DNA from: Cyanobacteriota bacterium
GTDB lineage: Bacteria; Cyanobacteriota; Cyanobacteriia; Thermostichales; Thermostichaceae
NCBI GenBank assembly: GCA_033764955.1
Contig: JANRIL010000040.1
Location: 32,001 to 96,000 of the forward strand
Direction of reading: 5' to 3'
Length of the DNA stretch: 64,000 nt
Notes under the pieces: model-generated
What the model saw: only the letters and a program-made list of their open reading frames with translations
What the model was told of the DNA's origin: nothing
Databases searched by the model: none
In this document: positions 40,641-52,597 of the stretch, one piece after another
How the letters are laid out: every line of letters starts with the position of its first letter
Numbering within the stretch: position 1 is the stretch's first letter
Program-made: the position numbers and the translations under genes

Positions 40641-41678
40641 TTAACCTATGCCTGAGCGCCCCAACGCCAAACCCAAAACCAACATTCCTAAGACCAAAAA
40701 AGGTTGAGCACTCGCCTGATATTTCACATCATTGTTCAGGGGATCCCGTAAAAAGTACATATCCTGAAAGACAATTTGGGGAATGATCAACAGCACCAAA
40801 ATAGACGCATAAAGCTGAAGTCCAGCTCCTAATAAAAAGGCAGCCATTCCAAATTGGAAAAAGTCGATCATCAGCACCGATACCCAAGCCGCTGTTTGAA
40901 CCCCTAACATGACGGGTAAGGAAGCCAAGCCAAATTGTTGATCCCCCTCTATACTTTTGAAGTCATTGACCACCGCGATACCCAGACCAGCCAAACTGTA
41001 GAGGAGCGTTAACAGGCAGACTGTCAGATTCAGGTCTCCAAATAGGGCATGACCCGTCCACCAAGGCAAGGCGATATAGCTGGCTCCCAAGGCGTAGTTG
41101 CCTAGCCAGCCATTCTGTTTCAGTTTGAGGGGAGGAGCCGAATAGATATAAGCAATCAGGGATCCCGCCAGCGCAATGCTGCTAATCACTGGGAATTCAT
41201 GTCCCACCCACCAATCCAAACCGTAGGCTAATGCCAAGCCTAAAATGAGGAGAATCCAAATTTGCGCCACCACCCGCTTCAGAGAAATCGCCCCTGACGG
41301 AATGGGACGGTAAGGCTCGTTTACCGCATCAATCTCGCGGTCAAAATATTCATTGAGGGTTTGCGTGTATCCGGTCAGGAGGGGTCCAGCCAAAATCATA
41401 CAGACCAGCGAGAGTGCAACATTTTCCCACGTCCAACTAAACTGACCGGAGGAAGCCGCTCCCGGAATCACACCCCAAATCAAGGGGATCCAGGTGACAG
41501 GCTTCATCAGTTGTAGATGCCGTTGCCAGACCGAACGGGACTCCACAGCGGCTCCCTTCATCCCCAGCAATTGACGGGCACGGGATCCCTTGGGGCTATG
41601 GTCGTGGTTGGGAGCGGACTCAACAGAGGTTTCGGTATCGAGAGGAGCCTGAGCATCGGGGGAGAAGCTTTCGGTCAT
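40641..41678 (-). CDS. chlG: Chlorophyll synthase
   Basis: RQLLGMKGA, LMKPVTWIPLIWG, DREIDAVNEPYRPIPSG, NDFKSIEGD, DVKYQASAQPF. Confidence 0.97.
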   Translation of the reverse strand: MTESFSPDAQAPLDTETSVESAPNHDHSPKGSRARQLLGMKGAAVESRSVWQRHLQLMKPVTWIPLIWGVIPGAASSGQFSWTWENVALSLVCMILAGPLLTGYTQTLNEYFDREIDAVNEPYRPIPSGAISLKRVVAQIWILLILGLALAYGLDWWVGHEFPVISSIALAGSLIAYIYSAPPLKLKQNGWLGNYALGASYIALPWWTGHALFGDLNLTVCLLTLLYSLAGLGIAVVNDFKSIEGDQQFGLASLPVMLGVQTAAWVSVLMIDFFQFGMAAFLLGAGLQLYASILVLLIIPQIVFQDMYFLRDPLNNDVKYQASAQPFLVLGMLVLGLALGRSGIG

Positions 41679-41742
41679 AATGGTAACGATCCGTGAAGGA
41701 GAACATTCCTTTGATCCTGCCATTCTTTTGAAGGATTGCTAC

Positions 41743-42384
41743 ATGTTCCCCCAATACTGGTATTTACACGGGTTTGCCTCTAGCCCTCAGTCGGCGAAAG
41801 CCCAGTTTTTCCAACATAGCTTTGCGGAGAGGGGGCAAGGGCTGAGGGTTCCTGACCTCAACCAGGGGGATTTTCGTCATCTCACCCTAACCCGCCAACT
41901 TGAGCAGGTGGGATCCCAACTGCCCAACGATCCAGTGGTCATGATCGGCTCCAGTTTGGGGGGATTAGTGGCGGCTCATCTGGCGGAACGTTACCCCCAA
42001 ATTCAGCGCTTACTTCTATTGGCTCCGGCTTTTCAGTTCTTGACCCATTGGCTGCCCAAATTAGGAGACGAAGCCTTACAAAAATGGCAGGAACAGGGAT
42101 CCACTGCGGTTTATCACTATGGCGAAAAACAAAAGTTGCTCTTGGATTATGAGTTTATTCGTGATGCCCAACGCTATCAGGATAGCCATCTCACCCGCCC
42201 ACTCCCTACCCTGATTTGGCACGGTCGCCAGGATGAGGTGATTCCGGTGCAAGCCAGTCGTGCCTATGCCGCCCATCGCCCCTGGGTGGATTTGATCGAG
42301 TTGGATAGCGATCACGCCCTAACTGATCACCTAGCAATCTGCTGGCCATCCGTCCAACAGTTTTGTCTGGATCCCTATCTTTAA
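41743..42384 (+). CDS. YqiA/YcfP-family alpha/beta hydrolase
   Basis: YLHGFASSPQSAK, GSSLGG, HGRQDEV, SDH. Confidence 0.9.
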   Translation: MFPQYWYLHGFASSPQSAKAQFFQHSFAERGQGLRVPDLNQGDFRHLTLTRQLEQVGSQLPNDPVVMIGSSLGGLVAAHLAERYPQIQRLLLLAPAFQFLTHWLPKLGDEALQKWQEQGSTAVYHYGEKQKLLLDYEFIRDAQRYQDSHLTRPLPTLIWHGRQDEVIPVQASRAYAAHRPWVDLIELDSDHALTDHLAICWPSVQQFCLDPYL

Positions 42385-42500
42385 GGTAGACATCAAGGAG
42401 AATCGGTAATTCTCTGGGAGCGGGAATGCCAACAAGACTGATGAAAGGGTAAAAACCCATTCGATTAACGAATACCTAGCAACCTTGGGATAGAACTAAC

Positions 42501-42833
42501 ATGACGATTACGACGATCGAACTACCGACAGACAAAATAGCTGAATTTTGTCACAAATGGCAGGTAACCGAATTTGCTCTGTTTGGTTCTATTCTACGCA
42601 ATGACTTTCGCCCGGAGAGCAACATTGATGTGATGGTGCAATTTCGCCCAGAGGCACACCCCACCTTTCATGCCCTAGACCAGATAGAAGCAGAGTTGCC
42701 AACCATTTTTTGTCGAGAGGTTAACCTGCTTACCCGGCAGGGGATTGAAACTAGCCGCAACTACTTACATCGCCACGAAATTCTTTCCTCAGCCCAGGTG
42801 ATTTATGCAGCGGGATCTTCAATTTCTACTTGA
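42501..42833 (+). CDS. MNT nucleotidyltransferase (MntA-type antitoxin), probably degenerate
   Basis: FGSILRNDFRPESNIDV: the first Asp of the DxD motif appears replaced by Asn. Confidence 0.75.
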   Translation: MTITTIELPTDKIAEFCHKWQVTEFALFGSILRNDFRPESNIDVMVQFRPEAHPTFHALDQIEAELPTIFCREVNLLTRQGIETSRNYLHRHEILSSAQVIYAAGSSIST

Positions 42834-42894
42834 TATGCTGCAATCCCCAGAACTAATCCTGGCTTACACAGCAAAGTCGCACCTGGCAGCATGA
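42805..42894 (+). pseudogene. Truncated HepT/DUF86 toxin (N-terminal 29 aa only)
   Basis: MQRDLQFLLDMLQSPELILAYTAKSHLAA*, overlapping the MNT end as is typical; no RxxxxH region follows. Confidence 0.7.
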
Positions 42895-42976
42895 AGCCTG
42901 CAACTATCAAGAGATAACCTGTTGAAGGCAAAAATTATTGGTGGCGGATGAGCTAAGCCGCTATGCATCTAAATAC

Positions 42977-42992
42977 ATAGACTAGAATCTAT
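42977..42992. promoter_or_regulatory. NdhR/CcmR-type LysR operator ATAG-N8-CTAT
   Basis: ATAG-ACTAGAAT-CTAT about 90 nt upstream of ndhF3. Confidence 0.6.
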
Positions 42993-43079
42993 CCGTCAAA
43001 TAGCATCTTTTGATTTTTATCTATGTAGCTTTCGCCGTAAGATGACGGAGAGTTAGCCGTGACAACGTAAACATCCACC

Positions 43080-44915
43080 ATGAGCCACTTCTTATTGAAT
43101 ACCGTCGGTTGGATCCCACTTTATGCCCTAATCGGTAGTTTGGGAGCTTTACCCTGGTCTCCAGGAGTTACCCGCAAAACGGGGCCACGTCCTGCTGGAT
43201 ATATCAATGCCTTGATGACGTTGCTAGCCTTTTTGCATAGTTTGGGGGCTTTAATCGCTATCTGGGGGCAATCGGCCTATACCGTTGAGGTGACCTGGTT
43301 GCAGGTGGCGGATCTGCGTTTGGGGATCCCGATTATGGTCTCCTCAGTAACCTTGGGGGCTTGTCTCTTGGTGACCGGGCTGAATTTGCTGGCTCAGATA
43401 TTCGGCTTTGGCTATATGGAGATGGACTGGGGCTGGGCACGCTTCTATGCTCTCCTGGGGTTATTTGAGGGGGGCATGTGTGCCTTAGTCCTCTGCGATT
43501 CGCTGTTTTTTAGCTACATGATCCTAGAGATTTTGACCCTAGGGACTTATCTGTTGGTGGGGCTTTGGTTCAATCAGCCCTTGGTGGTGACGGGGGCACG
43601 GGATGCATTTTTGACGAAGCGGGTGGGAGATTTGTTCCTGCTCATGGGGGTGTTAGCGATTTATCCCCTGACAGGAACCTGGAATTTTTCAGAGCTAGCT
43701 CAATGGGCAGAAACCGCTCAGGTGGATCCCGCCCTGATGACCTGGGTAGGATTAGCGCTTTTGGCTGGTCCGATGGGGAAATGTGCTCAGTTCCCTCTCC
43801 ATCTCTGGTTGGATGAAGCGATGGAAGGCCCTTTGCCCTCGACGATCTTGCGAAATTCGGTGGTGGTGGCGACAGGGGCTTGGGTGTTGGTCAAGCTGGA
43901 ACCTGTCTTTGCCCTCTCTCCGACGGTGCATTGGGTGGTGATCGGGATAGGTCTGGTGACCGCCATTGGGGGATCCCTGGTGGCAATGGCGCAGATTGAT
44001 ATTAAGCGGGCGCTTTCTTATTCCGTCAGTGCCTATATGGGGCTAACCTTTATTGCTGTGGGATGTGGACAACCGGACTTAGCTCTGCAACTGGTGTTGA
44101 CCTATGCGGTAGCGATGGCTCTTTTAGTGATGAGTGTGGGAGGGGTGATTTGGAATAGTATCACTCAGGATCTACGGCAATATGGCGGATTGTGGTCACG
44201 CCGACCGATTTCTGGTTTGTCATTTGTGGTTGGGGCTGTCGGGATGTTGGCTTGTCCTCCACTGGGAACGTTTTGGGTGCTGGTACAACTGGCGGATCAA
44301 ATCAGTGTTTACTATCCCTGGTTAGCTGCTTTGTTAGTTGGAATTAATGGCTTGACGGCATTTAGTTTGATGCGGGTTTTTAGCCTGATTTGGGGGGGTA
44401 AGCCCAAACAAATGACCGAGCGCTCTCCCGAAATTCACTGGCCGATGGCACTGCCCATGACGATTTTACTGGGCTTTACGGTGCATGTACCCATGCTATT
44501 AGCCAGTTGGAATTTGTTACCCGACTTCCAGCTTGTTACCCATCCAGTCGGTATTTTACTGATAATCTCAAATGCAGTAGGAATAGGGTTAGCGGGTTTG
44601 ATTTTCCTGAATGAGCGAATTCAGAAACCTTTGCAACTAAGATTCATCACTGATCTGCAAGATTTATTGGCTCAAGATTTTTATACCCAGCAACTTTACA
44701 GAGCGAGTGTGGTTTGGGTTGTGGACTGGATTTCTCAAGCAGTGGCTTATTTAGATCGAGTTTTAGTAGATGGTTTAGTCAATTTAGTGGGAGTATTGTC
44801 AGTTTTTTCAGGACAAACTCTCAAATATACGGTGTCTGGCCAATCTCAGCTTTATCTCTTAGCAATTCCTCTGGGGGTTATCCTAATTATCTTGGTGGCT
44901 TTTGGCTCTATCTAA
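43080..44915 (+). CDS. ndhF3: NDH-1(3) subunit F3
   Basis: RKTGPRPAGY, MEMDWGWARF, KCAQFPLHLWLDEAMEGP; heads the ndhF-ndhD-cupA cluster. Confidence 0.93.
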   Translation: MSHFLLNTVGWIPLYALIGSLGALPWSPGVTRKTGPRPAGYINALMTLLAFLHSLGALIAIWGQSAYTVEVTWLQVADLRLGIPIMVSSVTLGACLLVTGLNLLAQIFGFGYMEMDWGWARFYALLGLFEGGMCALVLCDSLFFSYMILEILTLGTYLLVGLWFNQPLVVTGARDAFLTKRVGDLFLLMGVLAIYPLTGTWNFSELAQWAETAQVDPALMTWVGLALLAGPMGKCAQFPLHLWLDEAMEGPLPSTILRNSVVVATGAWVLVKLEPVFALSPTVHWVVIGIGLVTAIGGSLVAMAQIDIKRALSYSVSAYMGLTFIAVGCGQPDLALQLVLTYAVAMALLVMSVGGVIWNSITQDLRQYGGLWSRRPISGLSFVVGAVGMLACPPLGTFWVLVQLADQISVYYPWLAALLVGINGLTAFSLMRVFSLIWGGKPKQMTERSPEIHWPMALPMTILLGFTVHVPMLLASWNLLPDFQLVTHPVGILLIISNAVGIGLAGLIFLNERIQKPLQLRFITDLQDLLAQDFYTQQLYRASVVWVVDWISQAVAYLDRVLVDGLVNLVGVLSVFSGQTLKYTVSGQSQLYLLAIPLGVILIILVAFGSI

Positions 44916-44967
44916 GTCCTGTTTTGCTTGAAAAATTCCTCATTCCCCATGACAAGGAGATAATGCC

Positions 44968-46512
44968 ATGTTGAGTGGTTTACTTTGGATCCCAATTGTT
45001 GGAGCCACTTTGCTGGGATTCTGGCCGGGATCCCTGACTTTTCAGCAAACTCGTCGCTTAGGGTTAGTATTTGCAACTGGATTGACTGTCTGGACAGTAT
45101 TCCTCTTTGGTCAATTTGATTTGACGCAGGGGGGATTGCAAATGCGTGAGTTTATGCCCTGGATCCCTATGTTGGGTATGAACTATGAATTGGGTGTGGA
45201 TGGTTTATCGCTGCCATTGTTAGCCGTCAACAGTGGCTTGACCTGGATTGCCATCTATGGAACGGGAGAAAAGCTAATTCGACCTCGTTTGTTCTATTCC
45301 CTTCTTTTATTAGTCAATGGAGCTGTTGCCGGAGCTTTTCTTGCCCAAAATGCCTTGCTTTTCTTCCTGTTTTATGAGATCGAGTTGGTTCCTTTTTATC
45401 TGCTCATTTCGATTTGGGGAGGTCCACGACGGGGGTATGCAGCCATCAAGTTTCTCCTCTACACTGCTGTCTCCGGTATTTTAATGTTAGCCGGATTCTT
45501 AGGGCTGTTCTGGTTAGCAGATTTACCCAGTTTTGATTATCAAACTTTGCAATCTCAGGTGCTGCCTCTGGGATCCCAAATGGTTTTACTGTTAACTCTC
45601 TTGGTTGCTTTTGGCATTAAGATTCCTCTGGTTCCTTTTCATACTTGGTTGCCCGACGCCTATACGGAAGCCTCTGCTCCAGTAGCCATGATTTTGGGGG
45701 GGGTCTTAGCCAAATTAGGAACCTATGGATTGGTGCGATTTTGCTTGGGCTTCTTTCCGGATGCCTGGTCAGCACTGGCTCCCAATCTTTCTATTTGGGC
45801 AGTGGTTTGTGTCTTGGGGGGAGCATTCGCTGCTATTGCTCAAAAAGATATCAAACGGATGGTTGCCTACAGTTCTGTGGGTCACATGGGCTATGTGTTG
45901 TTGGGTTGTGCAGCCGCTACTCCGCTATCTATCGTGGGGGCAATTGCTCAGATGGTTAGTCATGGTTTTGTCCTAGCTTTGCTATTTCACTTGGTAGGGG
46001 TGATTGAAGAAAAAGTGGGCACGCGGGAGCTGGATGTTTTGAACGGTCTCCTCAACCCAATTCGGGGGCTACCCATGATTAGTGGTTTACTGATTTTGGG
46101 GGGAATGGCCAGTGCTGGGATCCCTGGATTGGTGGCCTTTGTCGCAGAATTTCTAGTTTTTCAGGGCAGCTACTCCATATTCCCGTTGCAAACCATTTTG
46201 TGTGTGGTTGGCACTGGTTTAACGGCAGTTTATTTTGTGATTTTGTTGAATCGAACTTGCTTTGGAAAACTGGATAATAAAACTGCTTATTACCCACAGG
46301 TGATGGGGTGGGAGCAAACGCCTGCTATTCTCCTGACCTTAGTTATTTTTATCTTAGGTGTTCAACCCAATTGGTTGGTGAAGTGGAGTGAGCCTTTTTC
46401 TTATCAATTGAGCACTCATACTCCTCAATTAGTCAGCCATTGGATCCCACCTGTTATGGGTAAAAAGTTAGAAAATACTCCCATCATGATCGCTGAGGAT
46501 CCATTACTTTGA
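44968..46512 (+). CDS. ndhD3: NDH-1(3) subunit D3
   Basis: GVDGLSLP, KIPLVPFHTWLPDAY, LNGLLNPIRGLP, NRTCFGKLDN. Confidence 0.93.
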   Translation: MLSGLLWIPIVGATLLGFWPGSLTFQQTRRLGLVFATGLTVWTVFLFGQFDLTQGGLQMREFMPWIPMLGMNYELGVDGLSLPLLAVNSGLTWIAIYGTGEKLIRPRLFYSLLLLVNGAVAGAFLAQNALLFFLFYEIELVPFYLLISIWGGPRRGYAAIKFLLYTAVSGILMLAGFLGLFWLADLPSFDYQTLQSQVLPLGSQMVLLLTLLVAFGIKIPLVPFHTWLPDAYTEASAPVAMILGGVLAKLGTYGLVRFCLGFFPDAWSALAPNLSIWAVVCVLGGAFAAIAQKDIKRMVAYSSVGHMGYVLLGCAAATPLSIVGAIAQMVSHGFVLALLFHLVGVIEEKVGTRELDVLNGLLNPIRGLPMISGLLILGGMASAGIPGLVAFVAEFLVFQGSYSIFPLQTILCVVGTGLTAVYFVILLNRTCFGKLDNKTAYYPQVMGWEQTPAILLTLVIFILGVQPNWLVKWSEPFSYQLSTHTPQLVSHWIPPVMGKKLENTPIMIAEDPLL

Positions 46513-46576
46513 TAGCAAGACGGATAAAGTCCTCCTAAATTGTTTCCTCAACTAATGACTGGTAAGGATAGAACTC

Positions 46577-47893
46577 ATGGTACAAACAATCGCTAAACCC
46601 ACTCAAAAACTCCCTCCCTCCCGACATCCTTTTGCTGAAGTGGTTCACCGCCTTGAGGCGGGTGGGGCAATGCTGCCGGATACTCCCGAAAATTTAATGC
46701 AAATTATTGGGCTTTATAAAGCCTATGCTGTGCCAATGGACTTTTATTGGCGGGATCTCCTCTATATCGCTGAGCGAGTTTTTCTGGATCCGTTACCATT
46801 TTTTAAGTTCTTCTTACCCAAAGAGTATATTGAACTGCATAACCATTATGCGGGAGATGATGCGGATCTGCGGATTTGGCGAGGGCCAGCTACCGCTCAC
46901 CCAGAATTGATCGAGTTTATGGAGAAGGGTGAATTAAACCGCAAGCTTCCCAAGATAGTTCATCATCTTTGGCATGACCGCATCAATATGGAGTTTGCAG
47001 AAGAATGTATGCGGGCTATGCTTTGGCATCGCGATATGGGTGGGCTTTTTGACCCTTATTTAGATAGTGACGAATACAAGCAAAATGCAGATCGAGCTAT
47101 TCGGGCATACTTTCGATATAATCCGCTCATGTTAGGACTTTATCGACTATTCCCTGACTTATTTTTAGAGCAATGTCGGCAAATGTCTTATTATGCCAAC
47201 TTGGGTTTGTTCTGGGAAATCATGGCTCCTGTCTTTTTTGAGATGTCTGATCTCTACGATGAAGGCAAGATTGCAAGTGTGCCGGAAGCTATGAATTTTT
47301 TGGTGAATGGGATTTTTGCAATTGCAGGACGACCTATTTATCATCATGTTTATATTCGGGGAGAATGCTATGAAATTATCCCGAAATCAAAAGGATTCAC
47401 ATGGCTTTACGAAGCTGCTTTTCCCTATGTAGAAGCCGTCTTTTACCGTACCTCCCCCTTCCGTGGCACCAAATCCTATAATGCTCAAGCAAATCAAGTT
47501 CCGGCGGATCAAAATGATTTTCACTACGGCATTCTTTATGCTGACAAGTTTCCTGTAGCGACTGCCGGGATCCCTCCCACACTGCTGCATCAAGATATGT
47601 ATCACTTCTTACCCAAGTATTTAGTGGATTACTATAGCCAGCATTGCCGAGGAAAGGATGATATGTTGATCCAGTTGGGAGTCAGCTTTCAACGCTCGAT
47701 GTATTGTGTTACCTCTGCCGTAATTCAAGCAGGTCGAGCTGCCTTTTTGTATCCTCTAGATGATCCTAACCCTGATCATTTGCGAGCAAATCGAGCTTAT
47801 TTTGAAGGCCAGCTTAATCGGTTTTGTCGCTCGGAATATAATATTCGTGATGCTGCCCGTCTGAGTTATATTCAAAATCAGGACTACCGATAA
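46577..47893 (+). CDS. cupA: CO2 hydration protein CupA (ChpY)
   Basis: 438 aa with the CupA-type LPPSRHPFAEVVHRLEAGG N-terminus; HDRINMEFAE. Confidence 0.95.
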   Translation: MVQTIAKPTQKLPPSRHPFAEVVHRLEAGGAMLPDTPENLMQIIGLYKAYAVPMDFYWRDLLYIAERVFLDPLPFFKFFLPKEYIELHNHYAGDDADLRIWRGPATAHPELIEFMEKGELNRKLPKIVHHLWHDRINMEFAEECMRAMLWHRDMGGLFDPYLDSDEYKQNADRAIRAYFRYNPLMLGLYRLFPDLFLEQCRQMSYYANLGLFWEIMAPVFFEMSDLYDEGKIASVPEAMNFLVNGIFAIAGRPIYHHVYIRGECYEIIPKSKGFTWLYEAAFPYVEAVFYRTSPFRGTKSYNAQANQVPADQNDFHYGILYADKFPVATAGIPPTLLHQDMYHFLPKYLVDYYSQHCRGKDDMLIQLGVSFQRSMYCVTSAVIQAGRAAFLYPLDDPNPDHLRANRAYFEGQLNRFCRSEYNIRDAARLSYIQNQDYR

Positions 47894-47931
47894 TAAATCC
47901 TCCTCATTGAATAGCATTTTGATAGAAACAT

Positions 47932-47964
47932 AAAAAAGAGGGATATCAATGATTCCCTCTTTTT
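47932..47964. terminator. Bidirectional intrinsic terminator between cupA and cupS
   Basis: AAAAAGAGGGA-N10-TCCCTCTTTTT between convergent genes. Confidence 0.8.
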
Positions 47965-48024
47965 ACTTTAATCCATTTAATTGATTAAGAATGAGGAGAC
48001 GTTGAGCTGCAACATACGGCTATT

Positions 48025-48483
48025 CTAAAAGCGAGCCATGGATGCTTCGCCACTTGCCATAATTCCAGCAAACCAATGGGGACGCATCAGAATGACAGTA
48101 TCAATAACATGAATAACCCCATTGTCGGCTTCGATATCTGGGGCAATTACGGTGGCGTTATTCACCTCAAAGAGATCAGAAGTCACATGCAAGTCAATAG
48201 TGGTTCCCTCCAGCGAGGTAAGAGTTTTCAAAGATAGCAAATCTACCCTTTTATAGCGACCCGAAACTACATGGAAGCAAAGAATGCGAGAAAGCTGAGG
48301 GATATTTTGAACAAGAGTTGTGATCGTTCCCGGAGGTAGTTTGGCAAATGCCTGATCATTAGGGGCAAATACAGTAAATGGGCCAGGACTCTTGAGTGCA
48401 CCCACTAAATCAGCCGCTTTGACTGCCGTTACTAAGGTTTCAAAGCTACCCGCGCCTACCGCAATATCAACAATATCTGGCAT
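48025..48483 (-). CDS. cupS: Fasciclin-domain NDH-1(3) subunit CupS
   Basis: [42 protein letters not shown]; no signal peptide. Confidence 0.85.
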   Translation of the reverse strand: MPDIVDIAVGAGSFETLVTAVKAADLVGALKSPGPFTVFAPNDQAFAKLPPGTITTLVQNIPQLSRILCFHVVSGRYKRVDLLSLKTLTSLEGTTIDLHVTSDLFEVNNATVIAPDIEADNGVIHVIDTVILMRPHWFAGIMASGEASMARF

Positions 48484-48781
48484 AGTTATTTTAGAGGATT
48501 GGGATCCCTTTTATTTTACTGGATCTCAAAATATTCTGATAGCTCATTCTTTTCTTCATCTATCAATCAGTACTAATCTTCTCTCAAACACAGATGTTCA
48601 ATCAAAACTTGATAGCGTGTATATGAGCTTGGAAAAATTTCTGAACTCTGATTCTATCCTTGGGATCCTCATGATTTGAGAAAATGGGTAGTGCCCTATA
48701 GGTAATGTTGACAAACTCAGCAAGGCACTTGTTGAGAATAAACGAAGTCTACGCCCCTTATTCCAGGTTATTGATTCTCAA

Positions 48782-48859
48782 TACAGCCCTTTCGACGATC
48801 ATCAAGTACGGATGTATTCCCCTTGCCTTCTGGAGGAAGAGATGGGAGTGAGGGCTGTG
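48782..48859. repeat. ~80-bp inverted-repeat-bounded element, copy 2
   Basis: TACAGCCCT...AGGGCTGTG; shares TCAAGTA and TTCTGGA cores with copy 1. Confidence 0.65.
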
Positions 48860-48900
48860 CTATTCAATTATAAAGATCACATGGGGGATGAAACAGCCAT

Positions 48901-48949
48901 GGGATCCCCTGCCTCCAAATACGCACACATTGGTAGGTAAGGGGATCCC
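48901..48949 (-). terminator. Possible 3' hairpin downstream of groEL
   Basis: Imperfect inverted repeat GGGATCCCCTGCCTCCAA...TTGGTAGGTAAGGGGATCCC. Confidence 0.35.
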
Positions 48950-48972
48950 AATTCTATCGGGTTTATGCAGGA

Positions 48973-50637
<1,665 letters not shown>

Positions 50638-50666
50638 TTAATCCATCCTGAGCCGTAGCGGCGATC

Positions 50667-50693
50667 TTAGCACTCTGGGTGTTCGAGTGCTAA
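50667..50693. promoter_or_regulatory. CIRCE element (HrcA operator)
   Basis: Perfect TTAGCACTC-N9-GAGTGCTAA 33 nt upstream of groEL. Confidence 0.97.
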
Positions 50694-50762
50694 TTTATCG
50701 CAAGTGCGGCGGTAAGAGCAACCTGTTGGGAAGGGATCAATAAAGCTAGGAGCAGCCTCAGA

Positions 50763-51062
50763 CTAGGAATTTCCCCCAAACAAAACCTCAGGAAATTTGA
50801 GTTGAGCCTCCGCCATAGGGCGATTGCGCCCTTCACTTTGCCAGTAGTTGATCACTTCTGTGGCCTTGTTGAGCAATTCCACACGTTCGGATTCTGAGAT
50901 CCAGCTTTTGGCTTCTAACTCGGCTTTGAGTTGTTCCCAGGCGTCATCTCGTGGCCAGAAAAAGTAATGGGTGAGGGGACTGCGGTTTTTGGCCACCAAC
51001 TGATCGACCGCAATCGCCAGATCTTTTTCTAACCAGAGCGCTTTGAGGGCAAATTTGGGCAC
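50763..51062 (-). CDS. ycf65: Ribosomal protein PSRP-3/Ycf65
   Basis: [31 protein letters not shown]. Confidence 0.93.
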   Translation of the reverse strand: MPKFALKALWLEKDLAIAVDQLVAKNRSPLTHYFFWPRDDAWEQLKAELEAKSWISESERVELLNKATEVINYWQSEGRNRPMAEAQLKFPEVLFGGNS

Positions 51063-51186
51063 GGGATCCTCTTAGGGTGAAAGGGTTATTTTTGAGCATT
51101 GATCATCTTACCTGATCTGAGGATCCGCTTCTAGATCTCTGGCCGAATATGCTGGCGGGATCCTCTGGCGAGAGACAGTACCATCT

Positions 51187-52302
51187 TCAGGGGTGCAAGA
51201 ACTGATTCTGCGCCGCCAAGCCATCGATCCACTGTTGATGGGCGGGTTTGGGTTCTAGATTTTCGTCATAGAAACAGGGATCCGCCAACGGGGAGGTGTT
51301 TTCTGAGGGAGGCGTCTCCAGCCAGGAATAGGGATCTGCTAACCCCCACACACTCAGGGTGTCTACTCCCGCTTCTAGAGCCGCTTGCAAAACGGTCTGG
51401 TAAATCTGGGCTTGTTGCTCAAAACGTTCGGCTTGCGTACCCGCCACTGCCCGCATGTCCACATCTAGCTCCGTAATGTAGACGGGGATCCCGTAGGAGC
51501 GCATGGTTTGCACCAGATCCGATTGAGAGGGAGGTTCGGAGCCGTTGAGGTGCATCTGTAACCCAACCCCATCAATCAAGCCTTTACGCCGTAAGCGTTG
51601 CACAATTTGGCGGGTTTGGCGGGTGTTACTACCACTGGCGGTTTCGTTAGCAAAGTCGTTATAGAGCAAAATCGCCTGCGGATCCTGTTGTCGAGCCATG
51701 GCAAACGCTTGATCCACATAGTCAAAGCCCACCTTTTCCCGAAAAAAGTCACCTGGGCTGTAAGCCTCATTCACCACAATCCAGGTATTGATGCGACCCT
51801 CAAACTGAGTCATCACCTGCTGGATGTGATTTTGCATCAGCCCAAGAGTTTGTCGGCGGTTCCACCTGCCATTGCTAAGCCAATCGGGCAAAACTTCTCG
51901 GTTTCCCCAAACGATGACATGTCCAAACACTTTTTGTTGAGCAGCCTCAGCCAGTCCTAGTAACCGTTCTTGCTCAGCAAAGGTATAGACATCGGGTTCT
52001 GGATTGACGCTAAACCAATACACCTCCAAAAAACCAAAGTTGAATTGTTCGGCAGCAATCTCCCCAATTCTGGGATCCGGCCATCCATAGGAGTCTGACA
52101 ACACATTTCCCACCGCAATCCCCAAGGGATCCGCCAAGGAACGTAAAGTGGCTGACTCGCGGCTGTTCAGTGCCACAGGATTGTCTGCCAAAACCGTGGG
52201 TGGAGATAAAGCTGTCGAGGATTCTCCACAACCCAGCACACTGAATGCGGATCCGCAGATCAAGCAAGACAAAACCAGAGAAGCATACTTCAATCTATTC
52301 AC
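51187..52302 (-). CDS. GH10 endo-1,4-beta-xylanase-family lipoprotein
   Basis: VLGC lipobox, GHVIVW, WIVVNEA (acid/base), YNDF, GVGLQMH, ITELDV (nucleophile), WGLADPYSW. Confidence 0.88.
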   Translation of the reverse strand: MNRLKYASLVLSCLICGSAFSVLGCGESSTALSPPTVLADNPVALNSRESATLRSLADPLGIAVGNVLSDSYGWPDPRIGEIAAEQFNFGFLEVYWFSVNPEPDVYTFAEQERLLGLAEAAQQKVFGHVIVWGNREVLPDWLSNGRWNRRQTLGLMQNHIQQVMTQFEGRINTWIVVNEAYSPGDFFREKVGFDYVDQAFAMARQQDPQAILLYNDFANETASGSNTRQTRQIVQRLRRKGLIDGVGLQMHLNGSEPPSQSDLVQTMRSYGIPVYITELDVDMRAVAGTQAERFEQQAQIYQTVLQAALEAGVDTLSVWGLADPYSWLETPPSENTSPLADPCFYDENLEPKPAHQQWIDGLAAQNQFLHP

Positions 52303-52597
52303 AAATTTTTCCTGAAAGCGTAAAACTACTGCCCAGCCAGATGGAGGTCACTATCCTGTATTTGGGGAACTTTCAGGGAAGCTAGGTTGACGATCCCCGC
52401 CTCTGTGGAGTGGGATCTTCTGAAACTGAGTATTCCCCTCCCAACCTCACCAGGTAACAGGGGATCCCAACGGCAGATGTTGTCGCCAAGTATTCGACAC
52501 GTCTAAAATAACGGCGGCCAGAAAGGCAACCCGATAGGATAAAAAAAAGGGATCCCCTGCCGATCCCTACAGCCACTTACCCACGAGAACCTGCCCC

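Noticed and set aside
42437..42475. CTGATGA followed by a small hairpin (hammerhead-like)
   Set aside because: No correctly placed GAAA or stems I/III
48730..48782. TGAGAATA / ATTCTCA Fur-like half-sites
   Set aside because: Half-sites are not arranged as a contiguous Fur box and no iron-related gene is adjacent
52380..52560. Hairpin-rich intergenic region between GH10 and SDR as a possible ncRNA
   Set aside because: No recognisable RNA family motif; hairpins largely built on GATC/GGGATCCC palindromes
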